64,000 bases of DNA, taken from the NCBI RefSeq assembly GCF_000150275.1, contig NW_002060943.1, positions 9,890,209-9,954,208 on the forward strand, in the 5' to 3' direction. Below are positions 1 to 19,987 of the stretch, in pieces. This DNA is from Trichoplax adhaerens. Taxonomy: Eukaryota; Animalia; Placozoa. The notes below the pieces were generated by a model. The model saw nothing but the letters and a program-made list of their open reading frames with translations. It was not told where the DNA came from and did not search any database. Each line of letters begins with the position of its first letter. The stretch's first letter is position 1. Both the position numbers and the translations under genes were made by a program.

Positions 1-127
1 TATACTTGTCCAAATTTGACTGATATATCTGGACAAATGTATTGAAGAAATACCCCTGCAGGCTACAGCCGTTTCAGCGGCCATGGGTGGGTAGTAGGGA
101 TTTCAGGATATGTCATATGGATATGAC

Positions 128-726
128 TACAGTAAAAGTACAGTACTGTACTGTACTGTACATCTAACAAGGCACAATATTGTATCTACTGTACCTTACA
201 ACTATTCATCACTCAAATTTACAGTACTGTATATCTTCGGGTATGATACTAAAGTACAGTTACAACGAAAGATTGATTTGTTTCCAAATGAGTACTGTAG
301 AATCCGACTTGCTTTTGTCGTGGCGATCAACAAATCACAATGTCAAACTCTTGCAAAATTAATTTACACTTTAAAAACTCCAATATTTCGCTTGGTCAAC
401 ATTTATATACAGTATACTGTACTACAGAAAACAACCAAATACATTATTGCGTATGGGTAAAAAAGAGCGCGTTTATTTAAAACCATACAGTACAATGGGA
501 CGTCGATACTATCAATGAAGACTGGCACTGACGTACAGTACAGTACAGTACTGTATTTCTGTACAAACTCGCCACACCCGAGAACATGCAATTTAATTAA
601 TTTAAAGTTGGCATACTTTTACTGTACTGTACTGTACAGTACTCAAAAAGATTTTGCCCACGACTGTAATGTACAGTACTGTAAATTATACTGTAATTAT
701 TGTAATTCATAATACGGTACTGTACT
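128..726. repeat. (GTACW)n / ACAGT-ACTGT pentamer array upstream of LARS2
   Basis: Repeated runs such as gtacagtactgtactgtactgtac (138-161), gtacagtacagtacagtactgta (533-555) and actgtactgtactgtacagtact (621-643). Confidence 0.9.
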
Positions 727-766
727 TACTTTTTACGTGTTGAAGAATTCAGGATTTACTCCTGTA

Positions 767-7182
<6,416 letters not shown>

Positions 7183-7570
7183 TTTAGTGTATTGGTCTTG
7201 ATTACAATAAAGTAGTTCACTGCCATAATCTTGTCTGTTGCATTAATATAAAAGTTTAGTATATTAGATTTTCTCGTTGTAAAATCTCCTGACTTTAACC
7301 GATACAAAAACTATAGGTTCAATCATATAGTCCGTTACATCAATAGCCTATAATAGTATTTCGTGTTAAACTATAATAATTAATTTGGCTATCTACAAGC
7401 ATTGTGTAGAACATTTCTACGAAGCCGATATACAGCATTTAAATATGAATATCAAAGGGCATTACAAATGCATATTTTATATGAATATCTCGCAAATAAT
7501 TGAATAAAGCAAATGAAAATACAAGTACTAGTCAGCCAGATAGAAGAAATTGGTGAATAGTTAATGCTAT

Positions 7571-9503
7571 TTACATCCTATTCTCGGGCATTTCAGCAAT
7601 GGATTGCTCAACACGAATAGTTGCATCGTCTGGACTTTGAGGTGGCCTACGCGGAGGTGGCCGAGAAGGCGATTCACCGATAGGATTACCGTATTTGTGT
7701 ACTTCAATATCGCTGTGGATTGACGGTAAAGGCCTAGGCGATGGCTTAGGGACACTCATACTTTCATTGTTCCTGGTCGCCTCAACCGTAGGATTCGTAG
7801 AATTTTTATCGTTTATGCAATGATCATTCGAAGTCTTATTTAGAGTCTCAGCTGGCCCCCTCGGTGGTACCCGAGATGGAGGCTCGGAAATTTTGATTGG
7901 AGATCGAGATTCGCGGTCCGTAATCTTAATTGGTATCCATTTCTCACCAACAAAAGCAGCCTTGAAGATAATAATAAGGAAAAAAAATCTAAAGTAAATT
8001 TTACATCCGACTTTAGATCTTTTGCAAATATTATTATGAAATTGACTCACCGCTAGATAGATAAAACTGGAAAATAACAGCGACAAACCAGCCAACGTTG
8101 TCGTCAACAAGAAGATCGCAGGAATACTCATCCTAAGTTGGAATATAATAATTACGAATGGTTCATTCTCGACAGTAGTGGCTTAGCTTTTCCATAAATA
8201 TAGAACAGTGGTTGTAGATTTAATTGCTAACGTATTACTGTTCATATTTTAGCAAAGTAAATCTACACCAGCATTAATAGGTTATCCGAAAACATTCAAT
8301 TAAATACTGCAGCGAGACTAACTACTAACTATATATCTTAAGAAAATACAGATAGTTACCCCAAATGTAGTAGGAAACGTATATAATAGTTCGTTCCAAT
8401 GGGTCCCAATACTTTAACAACAGGTACCAGAAAGTTTTGGTAGCTAGATTTCATGCATGCATTTTATATTAAAAAATTGTTTATTGTTATTGCCTTATAA
8501 ATTCAGGCAATGTAATGCCTAATACTAAATAATATAGCATCATGTTTGTGAGGTAGAATCGTTATTTACGCGTAGCATTACAGTGCATCATATAATACAT
8601 TACCTTCTTTCTATGGTTTTACCCTGTTTTCGCCTACTACGCGGATACTCAAGAAATAACACAATTACACCAGCGATTCTAAATTCACCGTTATGGAAAA
8701 TCTAGTAAGATACTATATTTTTTTATATGGTACACTGCACTGTGTAAATGCAAATGAGTAGTAAATTTAGTAAGCAGTAACATTGACTACCAGAAAAATA
8801 CCTGCACTTTGACAGGTCTATCAAATGGTAATACTATCTGTTAAATGAGCACATTATCGTAAACCGTCAGCAAAGCGACGGGAGTTTGTACTAGTACTGT
8901 AATGATTTAAACGCAATTAAAGCGATCATATTATTGCTGTACAAAAAAAGATACAATGAATACACTGCAAATCCTGTCTTCTGAAAGTCTCCAGCCAATC
9001 CTATGATTCCGCCTATTAGTAATACTATAGATAAGAATGTAAGTTCGCAAAATGCGGAGACATGTAAACATAAATTACTAGTTGATCTAGGTAACAACAA
9101 AACCGTAAAATCTACGTAGCTTCATTGAAACTTAGAATACTTTTTTAAGGTAAAAAAATACAGCTGTAAACATTTTTAAGGACTTTAATAGGCACATTAA
9201 AGTGACTACCATCGACAACTAACTTAATCTATATAATACCGGCAATAATTATCTACGTTATTAATCACAATCTCACATCGCATTTGATAAGATTGCCAAG
9301 GCAGACCACTACAATGGTCTGGCCTAAGGTATGATCGACACAGTAGTGAAATATTTATAGCAAATTAATATTTATTAAAGCCGTACCGCGTACAGTACGG
9401 TGGAAAATAACGCAGTAAAGTATCACTTACGAACTGAACTAGTCAAAGCTTGTTCGTTGGCCCACATTCCCCATTCTACAGTTGACGACTTTTTAGATAT
9501 CAT
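7571..9503 (-). CDS. CYBA: Cytochrome b-245 light chain (p22phox), NADPH oxidase subunit; 6 exons, 257 aa
   Basis: Exons 9503-9431, 9024-8955, 8678-8604, 8443-8360, 8132-8051 and 7960-7571 are all GT-AG and in frame. They give MISKKSSTVEWGMWANEQALTSS..LLIGGIIGLAGDF..FAVYSLIAGVIVLFLEYPRSRRKQGKTIER..LGPIGTNYYIRFLLHLGMSIPAIFLL..AAFVGEKWIPI..EPPSRVPPRGP, which matches the p22phox motifs EWAMWANEQ, LEYPR and GEQW. Confidence 0.95.
8801..8894 (+). mobile_element. Helitron-type 3' terminus (non-autonomous element or remnant) in CYBA intron 2
   Basis: Hairpin CCGTC-A-GC-AAA-GC-GACGG (8864-8881), a 9-nt spacer, then CTAG (8891-8894) followed by T. 8837-8895 matches the reverse complement of 32529-32587 at 57/59 nt. 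Confidence 0.7.
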
Positions 9504-9609
9504 CTTCAGTTGCTATAACTAAATATTCTATATTTTGACGGTTTATGTCGCTATTTTGTATTTAAAACAGATCAATCTTCTCCAGAACACTGTTTTCTTT
9601 TGACTCCTT

Positions 9610-9845
9610 TACAGTACATGTACTGTGTGTACTGTACTGTACTGTACGTTTCACAAAGTCACTGTACAGTACTGTACAGTACATTATGTACCGTACTGTA
9701 CTGTACTGTACTGTACATTGTACACTGTACAGTAAAACAAAAGTCAATTAATACCGTAATTTATAATTTATTTCCTAGTGCAGTACACTGTACTGTAGGT
9801 CTCTCTCGTTCGTTATACTGTAGTTCGCTTACTACAATACTGTAT
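9610..9845. repeat. (GTACW)n pentamer array between divergent CYBA and TRMU
   Basis: Dense actgt/acagt units between the two start codons (9503 and 10004/10022). Confidence 0.92.
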
Positions 9846-10021
9846 AAGTAATATGTAGTACGATTTTTATTGATTGATTTTTCGTGCATAGAATAGCGAC
9901 ATTAACAGTAAAATGATTCAAAAGTTTAAAATTTGCCTTTTTACACATAATGAGCTAGCACTAGTGCTCTGTAACTAGAACTGCAAAGAACAGGATATAC
10001 TCAATGCACGGAGGTAAAATA

Positions 10022-13000
10022 ATGTCATCTTCTCGCCAAGTAATAGCCGTTGCAATGTCCGGTGGAGTCGATTCAACTATTGCAGCATATTTATTGCGAA
10101 AACAAGGTGCTTAATGTAATATCAATTACAGTCATTGTTCAACGATGGTGCAGACATCTGCAGTAACGATACCTTAGCATTTCTAATATCTTAAAATCAC
10201 TCTAGTACAATACTACTAATACGAATTATTGTACGCGTAAATGACAGAACGACATATTGCAAGATTGATGTCTGAGACAGGTACCCGAGTAACAAAATTT
10301 TGACAGGTTGCAAACCTTAGTTTCGATAGTAACGTTGGTTGATAAAATTATGTGAAACTATGTAGTGTAATTAAATATGTACTGCATATACGAATGATTT
10401 TAACAGTTTATAACTTCCAGCTATAGCCTTCACCTTCTAGCTATTTACTGTTCAATACAGTATTTGATTTTCGACAGTGAAGCTGATAAGTTACTAAATT
10501 ATACAGTATGCAGTATATTAGATTTTAACAAGTCTTTTAATTTCTAACTAGTCATTATAGCACATAGGAGCTACCCCACTCAGATCAATAATTTTCTAAA
10601 ATTTAAATTGCTTGATTGTTATAAAGCATGCTTTACTGTATAACAACCAACCAAATAGTTGGACGGTATTATTTTGTATATATAGATATAGAACTGTATA
10701 ATAATTGTGATAAGAATATGATGGAATCTTTACTAGGGAACTTATGATAAATAGAAAGAACAGAATATAAGTATAATATATTAATTATCAGATATAACTT
10801 ATGAGATCTTATTATTTAGGTCCTAGTTAATTTGTACTTTTAACTGCAACGAGAACTACAGCCTTAAGAGAAAATTCACGATTTTAATAATGACTATACA
10901 ATGTGTACAAAGTGTATATTAATATCCCCGTGTTACAGCATATTATTCTCGCTTTATGTAACTCGTACTTTATTTGCGTTTAAAAAGGTCATGAGGTTGT
11001 CGGAATATTTATGAAGAATTGGGATATCACAGAAGAAACTGGCATTTGCAAGACAGATGAAGATATGCAAGATTTTATCAAATCTTGTAATCATCTTGGT
11101 ATACCTCATAAAGAAGTAAACTTTGTACAGGATTACTGGCATCATGTTTTCAGGTCTGCTCAAAGTAATCTATACGTCAACTATTGCATATTTGTATATA
11201 GTTTTCTTGTAAATATGGACGCTACATTAATATGTTACCGGTTGATAAATTACATGCGATTTAAAACCAAACCATCTACAGGTGTAATCATAGCACAGTT
11301 CTTTAGTCCTTATCCTAAAATTTTCTACTATGAAAGAATTCTAAAAAGAAAATTCCGCATGAAATCCTCTGGCACGTAAACTACTTCCTACAATTTACTT
11401 AAAAATTTCTAGTACTGAGTACAATATACTATGAGCGGTATAACTCAAATGATAATACAGTATTAACATCTTAGTATCTAATTGTAAATAACTGCCGAAC
11501 CTTATAATATTTATTGCAAAACTTGTATACAGAAATGAATGTTGATCTTATGTTCGCATTAAAATCTAGTGAGATTTATTTTAAGCAATTTAATCTATTT
11601 ATATCGAACGATTAGTTGTTCTCTAGATCTTAATTACAAGCACAGATTTTAAGAATTTAAAAATATAATGTAACTTAAGTTAAGAGTTACTAATCAACAC
11701 ATCGATATTACGAGATTACATGCATTGAAAGTTATACTGACCAACTCAATACTAACGTTCCCAAAACAATTTAATGTTCTGAACTCCACCACAGCCCTTT
11801 TGTGAACGGCTACAAACAAGGCATCACGCCAAATCCAGACATTACTTGCAATAGAATGATCAAATTTAATAAATTACGTCAATATTGTAGCGAAAATTTG
11901 GGTGTAGACAATTTAGCAACTGGACATTATGCTCAATTAGTTACAGATTCCAGTGGACGTAAGTACAAGTATAATACCATGCATAAACTTTATCATAACA
12001 GTAATTACAAACCAGGTTGACAGGCATCATGTATTCGTATCTCTTGTAATGTACTGTGCAATACATTAATAGACTATTAAGATTCTTTCAATTAAAATCA
12101 TTTAATTAGAACCAAAACTTATTCAGGCAGTAGATGAAGCTAAAGACCAAACATATTTCTTAGCGAACGTTAAAAAGGTAAAGGTTCACAAATCATTATT
12201 CCGTAACCTAACAATAACATACCCGTCGAATGCAGGTTAATCGGGCCCCCAAAAAAATCCGAAATTCCGTTCTCTGCTTAACATCATGTCCACGAAAATC
12301 TATTTTTTAGATAACGATATTTGCTAAACATAGATTTATTAAACTTAATCAGTTTCCATAACAGTATTCTTTTACTACTTTGAAAGATCTCATTAAAGAA
12401 TATTATGTTTCCAATTGGAAATCTTTTGAAATCGGAGGTCAAAAACTTAGCTTTAAAAATTGGGCTCCGAAAAATTGCAACAAAAAAGGAGGTAGCGATT
12501 ATGTTATACACGTATCTTTTGCTCTCTTACTCGTTGAACATCTAGCAGTATTAATTTAAGTTTCAATCACAGTACAAGCTTAAATGCAATAAATTCTATG
12601 AATTTAATTTTAGTAATAATTTAACATCATATATTTTATTTACCTACCATATGAGAGTATGGGAGTATGCTTTATTGGTAAAAGAAATTTTAAAACATTC
12701 ATTAGCGAGGTACGTATCTCTTTATCAAGCATTTTTAGGACAACTATTAAACTTTACAGTGATGTTTCTTCGACCAATAATAACCCCTGCGATTTCTTTC
12801 TGGGCATATATCAATGTAATCATAGTACATCGAGAATCAGGAATATGACGTGAATACTATAGATGGTCAAAATTTTGGAAAACATTCAAGTATAGTAAAT
12901 AAAATTTCGTATGCATGGGCATTATATGAATTAACAAATTATTTGACTTGAGGATAATTCGAATTGTACATAAAATATATCACATATTCCAACTTTAGTT

Positions 13001-13881
13001 ACCTTATTATGCATGTAGACTTATCCCTATCAACAATTGGTGAAAGAGCAAGAATTGGTGGGATGTCTGAAAGATGGTACGTGGTTTCTAAAGATTCAAA
13101 TAGGAAGGTTATAACGCTCGTAAGTGATAAACTGAACACCCATATACCTTCGATTACTCCCAGGACTTGCTTAGTATGACAATAGTATAGCCATAAAATT
13201 ATACTTTTATACTACATTTTCTACAAAATTTTAGGCGCCAGGAATAAACCATCCAGCTCTATATTGTCGTATCTTTTATGTGGCAGATGCCAACTGGATC
13301 TCGTACTGTGCTGAAATGCAATTATCATTGAGGAAAGAACTAGAATGCCATATCAGAATTCGTCACTTAGCACCCCTCGGTAAGATGTGTCATCTACGTG
13401 TCATAATTCATCAGTTTATATTTTCAGATATTGAATTATAATTTTCTGAATTGCAGAATAATTTCACATAAATAATTTGTAATTACTAAAGTCGTTAACT
13501 GATATTTTCAGTTCCTTGCCTAATTAAATTACAATACAATGGCTTTTTGGAAGTAAATTCTCAACAATCACTATTTGCTGTCACTCCCGGCCAAGTAAGA
13601 ATAATTCAGCTAGTAATCACAATAGCAACATTGCAGTACTATGCATTCGTTGCCACATCTCGATTTTTAACAAATATTATTTTTGCAAACATGTTATCAA
13701 CTTCTCCGCGAATAATATATCTTATATAAAAAAGCAATTAGTCTATAATGCATTTACTGCATTAGAGATAAGTAATGCTGTCTTATAAAATTTCTATAAG
13801 TTTGCCGCATTCTATTCACGAAACGAATGCCTTGGTGGAGGACAAATAGTGTCGTCTCATACAATGGTAAGCAAAATCTAA
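10022..13881 (+). CDS. TRMU: Mitochondrial tRNA-specific 2-thiouridylase (MnmA/MTU1 family), multi-exon
   Basis: Motifs: IAVAMSGGVDS (PP-loop), GIFMKNWD, TPNPDITCNRMIKF, LATGHYA, KDQTYFL, ESMGVCFIG, TPGQ-FAAFY..CLGGG. Stop TAA at 13879-13881. There is an alternative in-frame ATG at 10004. Confidence 0.93.
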
Positions 13882-14193
13882 CAAATAAGGATGTAAGGTA
13901 AAGTTTTTGCTTTAATAATTGTCACATTGATCATATAACCATTTGCAAATTTCGACCTATCAAGACATATTCATATATAAAATAAAATAAATGTAGTTAA
14001 TTGCGAGAAGATATCAGTGATAAATAACATTGTTACATAGCATCAGGGCGAATAATGTTAGGATGTACATGTAAATACAGTAGTGTATATCTTAGAAAGC
14101 CTAAATTAATGTGCAAACAACTTGTGTGCTTCCTTACTTGAAAAAAATTATAACTTCAAGCTTAAAAAGATCTCCAGTAAACAATCAAGGAAG

Positions 14194-17100
14194 CTAAAAA
14201 AAATTCTCCTTAATAGTCTTAATATAATGATTCCGCAAATAAATTTTAAAACTGTGATACCAATGAAGTAATAGTTTTCTCCTTATTATCTTATCATTTT
14301 CAGACATAGCACTTTCCTTTCTTATTATCGCTGGCAATTCTGACCAATCTTTTATGAAAATAAAAGGCGCCTTTAGCTTTTTCAACAAGCGAAATGGACT
14401 AGAACTTAAACTGCTGTCACAATTCCCTGGTGCAACAACATCCTCTATCACTGGAATAGAACCTAAAGAGCATGCCTCATAAATTCTGTACGTTTCACTA
14501 TTAAACCCAATCGGACAGAGTGTTATATCACTTTGGCGTAAAACCTTTTGATATAAAAGCGAAGAGGCTTTAGTTTCCATAGATAGCCACCTAATGTCAA
14601 AGCAACAACAAATAAAGTTATTCAAGATTAAGCTTAAAAATGATCGTACATTGTTAGGTCATACCTTGGACGAAAGTTAGAATAACATATGTCACCAAGT
14701 GAATTCTTTAAGAAAATCTCTTGTAGCTTCTGTCTTGTCGAATTGTTATAAACTGTCCCTAAAAAGTTGCAGATATACCTTCTTTGGCTTGTTATATCTA
14801 CTTCCATCGAACTAACAAGAGGAAATCCACGATACCTGTAGAATAGAAATGTACCTTAACCGATGTCGAAGTAGTAGTAACGGCATAATATTTAGAGAAA
14901 CTGAGATCTACTAACGTCGCAACACCTAGGGGCCATTGATAGAATTTCTGTTGGTCTATTCTAGGATCATCATAAACGAGGTGGACAATCCTTACTTTGT
15001 AGCGATTGTCATTTACATATGGATCTATCCATTTATTGTCACACCTTTCGTTACCTAGCATTACCAGAGCAACATTTCGTAATTTCTTTAATGAAGGTAA
15101 ATGCTCTAACCACGTCTTCGCAAATTTAATTTTGTCAGACGAACGCCCATTAAGAATCAGAATTACATTCTCTGAATCCTTGCCCGAATTCTGTTGTATA
15201 ATTCCAGGGCCGGATAAAAACCTAGCGAAGGGACGATATAAGTGTATTTGCACGTCATCTATCCACAATATAAAATATCTTAACGTTAATCCCGATTTAC
15301 AATGGGTATTCATGTTCACATACCGCATTTTAAAAATGGTGTTAAAAAATTTTTCATGTTTCTATGCGGTCACTCAACTACTTCCAAATGCATCTCAGTC
15401 AATAATTTGTACCATATACTACTTACGCCACGATTACAACGACCGGTTTAAATGAAGTTTACCGCGACCTTCGATAACTCATTTACCACATACGTATACT
15501 AACAGCCAAGAAAATATGCATACTAATACGAACTTAAGCTTAGCCCTCTTCAGTAATATGTTATTCTACATTGCAGTTCGAAATCATCGTTTTATAACAC
15601 CAATGCAATATTTTACGAAGGAAGTCAAGAGACTACTCAGTAATATGTATTATACAAATCACGTTCATATAATATACAAAGTAACTTAAATCTTACTTAA
15701 ATCCGACATCGTTGATAATATCAGTTCCAACTGAAACTGCTCCTCTTTCATCAATCTTGTTTATTATTGTTTCGTTAAAGACATGGCGCCATAGATATTC
15801 CCCTACGGGTACAAGGAATCATAAAAAATGAAGATATGCACCGCGCAATAGTCCTGAGATTATTGTACTGTACATTGCAAGCCAGGTATGATAATTAACC
15901 TGACTCGTTGTCACCGATGATACAAAGAAAGATTAACTTTGAAACTGTAGAACAGATAGAGTACCTTCTCCACATACTATGCTCTCTTTTACAAAAGTTT
16001 ACAAACATACATCACTAACAATTGCAATTGATTAAGTACAGCAATGAATTAGATTAGAATTCATAAGTGATAAGTAAATTTATAGGCTGCTTCACTATTC
16101 TCTCTTTCCGATAGTGTAGCAAACTGTATAACGTGATAGTATGCCTATTATAATTTGGAAGTTATAGCTCCATGATTAAAGCAAACGACAGTGAAGTTAG
16201 AATCTATAAAACATTAATGTCTTGAAAATTTTACTGATAGACTTTCGAAGCTTACATTTTAGATCGTTTTAAAGAAAAATTGCGTTAGTAAGTAGCCTTC
16301 AAACATGAACAAGATCTTGTGAAAGCAATCCAGTAATGCTATTTAATAATTTAGAATCATTACTAAGTTATCGCTAGCCAATAGTCTTTAATTTATACTA
16401 AGCAACAGAACACATAAGCACAAATGATGGTCACAGGAAGTTAAGTTAACGAAAGAACTGCAGAACGCTATACTCCATTAATACAGTAGAATATCATGAG
16501 GTTGCCAAACAACAGTCGATCCGATACTTTTAATGTAATAACTATACCCGCACAGCCCCTACCAATTGCAGCTGTATTATGTGTACGTAGCAAGTCAAGT
16601 AAGAAGTATACAAGCAGTCACTGGGCTACACATACGTAATAGGAGATACATTTCACTAAATGCAAGTAAAAAATGTCGATAGCAAAGTTTTAGCAAACAA
16701 TAGCTAATAAAAGGTTCTTAAATCAACTTTTAATAAACTCCTAATACAATATTAAAGTCTGAAGTTCGATTATTTTTCCAGAGGATTAGCACTTAAAAAT
16801 CTCATTAATCATATTTTTAGTGCTGTATTATTATCCTATGCAAAAGCAAATGCTCCATTCCCAATTTCACTACGATTACCGTTCTCACAAGTATATGTTC
16901 TTGTATATACGTACAGTAATAATTATAATGATTCTGCTACATAGATATGAAATAAACATACAGTGCGTTACTGATCTATAATTTACTACTAAAAACTCTA
17001 ACTTGTTATGTATTTCACTGCAAGCAAATAATATCTCTCTGTCTACTGTAATATTGATATATAATATAAAAATAAAACTAATGAGAATGAATCAGAATTC

Positions 17101-17543
17101 TTTGCCTCATGCTCTAGCTATTACTTTAATCGATTGCTATTACTGTACATCCTCATCAAAATGCATTATAGTACAAATAGTAATCATGGGAACGTAAACA
17201 AATCATGCAATAAAATTTTTCAATTATATAACTATTTCTGTTTTATTTAAGCATTGCACAGTTCCATCATGCATATTATAATGTTAGTACAGTTGAGATA
17301 TAGTAGTCAAGATGACTAATATTCATACCTAAAGCTGAACTTAATTTAGAGACTCCAACATACTGTACGATACGTTTTACGATGTGCCCACCCATACAAA
17401 CTCAGGTTACGAAAGGTAGCATGCTCTTAATAACAAACCTATAGCTGCTTTTCCCCAAATTTCTACACTTCTTAACGTCTTATTCGTTTTATCAAAGTTA
17501 GGTATAGTCTGTTTTCTCTTTAGTCTAATTTCGTGAATCATCT
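14194..17543 (-). CDS. RXYLT1: Ribitol-5-phosphate xylosyltransferase 1 (TMEM5); 5' exon(s) not resolved
   Basis: Spliced exons give VEIWGKAAIG (~17440-17470), EYLWRHVF (from 15802), FLSGPGII..LILNGR..LGNERCDNKWI..QWPLGVAT, and TLCPIGFNSETYRIYEACSLGSIPVIED..APFIFIKDW, ending at stop 14194. The N-terminal TM exon probably lies at ~17.6-17.8 kb and is not confidently placed. Confidence 0.85.
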
Positions 17544-18521
17544 GTAATCCTATCAACGTAACATATTTAAATGAAGAATTTTACGCGTTAAGTCATCACT
17601 ACATTTAGTGAATTATGCGATTTGAATCTTACTTATGCACACTGTAAAATTATATTATTGCAAAAGGATATAAAATATACTTATAATAAGTCCAGCACAT
17701 ATTCGATAAACTGCTAATATATTTTTTAGCGTACGCTATTCAGAATGCATAGTTGCAAATTTGACATTGTAATCAAAAAATGCAGCGAACGCGGTTGCAA
17801 TTTACAGTACTTTCCAGTCTGTACTACGAACGTAAATCGTTGCACTACAGTTTCATACAGAATAGACATTAATTTTTTTGATAGAAACCGTTGTAGATAT
17901 TTTTCGAGGTCAGGTTTATGAAATGATTAGGAATATGAAACTTCCTTAAATACACGAATTTACTGCAGTCACCATGGTCCAGGTTTAATTTATAATTATA
18001 TATGAACAATTATAATCGATGTTACGTCATTTTCGCAGAAATTGCAGAGAAACCGTATATTAAACTATGCTGCAATAGTGCGCTCGCGTACCTAAACACA
18101 CTTACTGATTTTATACAGAATTAAGTACGGCAAAGTGCTAGACCGGAGACACTTTAAATAAGTAGGCTTTATTTTACAGTTAAGTACTGTAATACAGTAT
18201 CTATTTACTTTCTCTTAAATCCATGAATTGGATACCAGGTTCTCTATTTTGTAAAAAAGTGACTTGGGCCAAATAAAGGGATACTAAGGCACTCCCAGTT
18301 AGGATACATACTGTGATACTGCGGAGGTTACATATCATCCCGTTACTCAGATTTTGAAGAGTAGCATTTGAGGATCGTTCGAAGTGAAACGTTGTTTATC
18401 CAAGCTTTTTACTGCAGACTTCGTTCTGCTAGCCCACGGCGAGCCAGTCTCAAACTCAAGCACGGATGTATCGTTATTACAGTTTTTAAGTCTTTCTAAT
18501 TTATTTTTTTTAGTTTATATT

Positions 18522-19222
18522 TACTGTACTGTATATTATATTTTTAAACTGTATTAGTACAGTACGAAGACTGCATGTACTGTACAGTGCAATAGTACAG
18601 TACTGTACCATACAGTACTGTAACAATACAGTACAGTACTGTACAGTACAGTGTTTTTCCGATGTGGTCTACTGTACTGTACTGTACGTACTGTACACTG
18701 TACAGTATTCAATCCAATAAACTAGCCAATCAGAGATTGGTATTTGTTACTGTTACTGTCTGTTAGTACTGTACAGTACTTGCATACTGTACAGTACAGT
18801 ACTATGTAATACTGTTCTGGGAACTTTCGAGTTTTCCTCTTACTTATTAAAATGTCACTAGTCGTCATCTAACTTACAGTACCGTGTACTGTATCACCCG
18901 CTTTAGTGCGATTTGTCAAAGCGCGTACAGTACAGTACAGTGTACAGTATGATAAAATCAAGTATCGCAAATCATTCCAAAATCAGACTAATTTAAAATG
19001 TATGTATTTAGTGATGTAAGAGAATCGTGGCGTAAATGCTTAAGCAGAAATTTTAGCAAAATGTAAGCGATTCCTCAACCTCAAAACCTTATAAAAGGCG
19101 AAAGGATAACACTAGAGGGATGGAACAATGTCCATCTGTTTTATCAGTCACAGACGGCTCGTTTAGTACTAGTTCTGGGCCAAGGCTAATTTGGTGCATA
19201 CTGTACTGTACTGTACTGTATG
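18522..19222. repeat. (GTACW)n pentamer array upstream of RXYLT1
   Basis: Dense units at 18556-18710, 18765-18805, 18926-18948 and 19199-19222. Confidence 0.9.
18714..18740. promoter_or_regulatory. CCAAT-box (NF-Y) cluster embedded in the pentamer array upstream of RXYLT1
   Basis: CCAAT at 18714-18718, AGCCAATCAG at 18724-18733 and inverted ATTGG at 18736-18740. Confidence 0.45.
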
Positions 19223-19650
19223 TACATGATATCTAACGTACAGTAAATAGTAGATATTATAAGATAAGTGAAGTACTGAGAACGGTACGACGTGAGCACG
19301 AATCTCGTGCTGGATAGTGCCTTCCAAAATTATCAGAGGTAGGGTGGGATATAAGATATACAGTATATGTATAATCTATCTAAATACTTAGATACCAAAT
19401 AGTTATTCGTACACGGGGGCTGAGGTATTTGAAGGACCTTAACCATCATTATTAGGTTTGCAGTAATAAACTTATATAGCTTTTTATACCAGATGCTAGT
19501 AATGTCATCAATTTTATTTTGTGAGACTAGAGAACTAATGAGTTATAATATTGTATTTCAAAACCGATAACGCTTTCAATACTAACATACTAGTCTTCCT
19601 CAAAGTTTTGCGTACGTCTACACCTGTCAATAGTTCACTTCGAAAACTGT

Positions 19651-19980
19651 TTCAAACTACAATACGCATATTACAACTCCATTTATACAAAATACGAATA
19701 ACTTTCATATACAATTTTATGTATAACAGAGTTAATTATTCGGCGCCAGACGACTTTAACAATACTGATATTACCAGTTAGGTTCATTAACAAATCCTTT
19801 TATTACAGAGTTATGTTTCGAACTACAATACGCATATTACAACTCCATTTATACAAAATACGAGTAGCATTCGTATACAAATTCATTTATAACAGAATTA
19901 ATTATTCGGTGCCAGACGACCTTAACAATGCTGATATTACCAGTTACTTTCATTAATAAATTCCTTTATTATAGAGTTAT
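19651..19980. repeat. Tandem duplication, 2 x ~166 bp, in the CFAP54 3' UTR region
   Basis: Copies start at 19651 (ttcaaactacaatacgcatattacaactccatttatacaaaatacga) and 19817 (ttcgaactacaatacgcatattacaactccatttatacaaaatacga) and are collinear with scattered substitutions. Confidence 0.92.
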
Positions 19981-19987
19981 TTGAATG

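Noticed and set aside
110-712. Short ORFs rich in YCTVL/VQYST (also 9562-9851, 34002-34187, 42649-42855, 53933-54142)
   Set aside because: These are translations of the 5-nt repeat, which has no stop codon in any frame. They are not a repeat-protein family.
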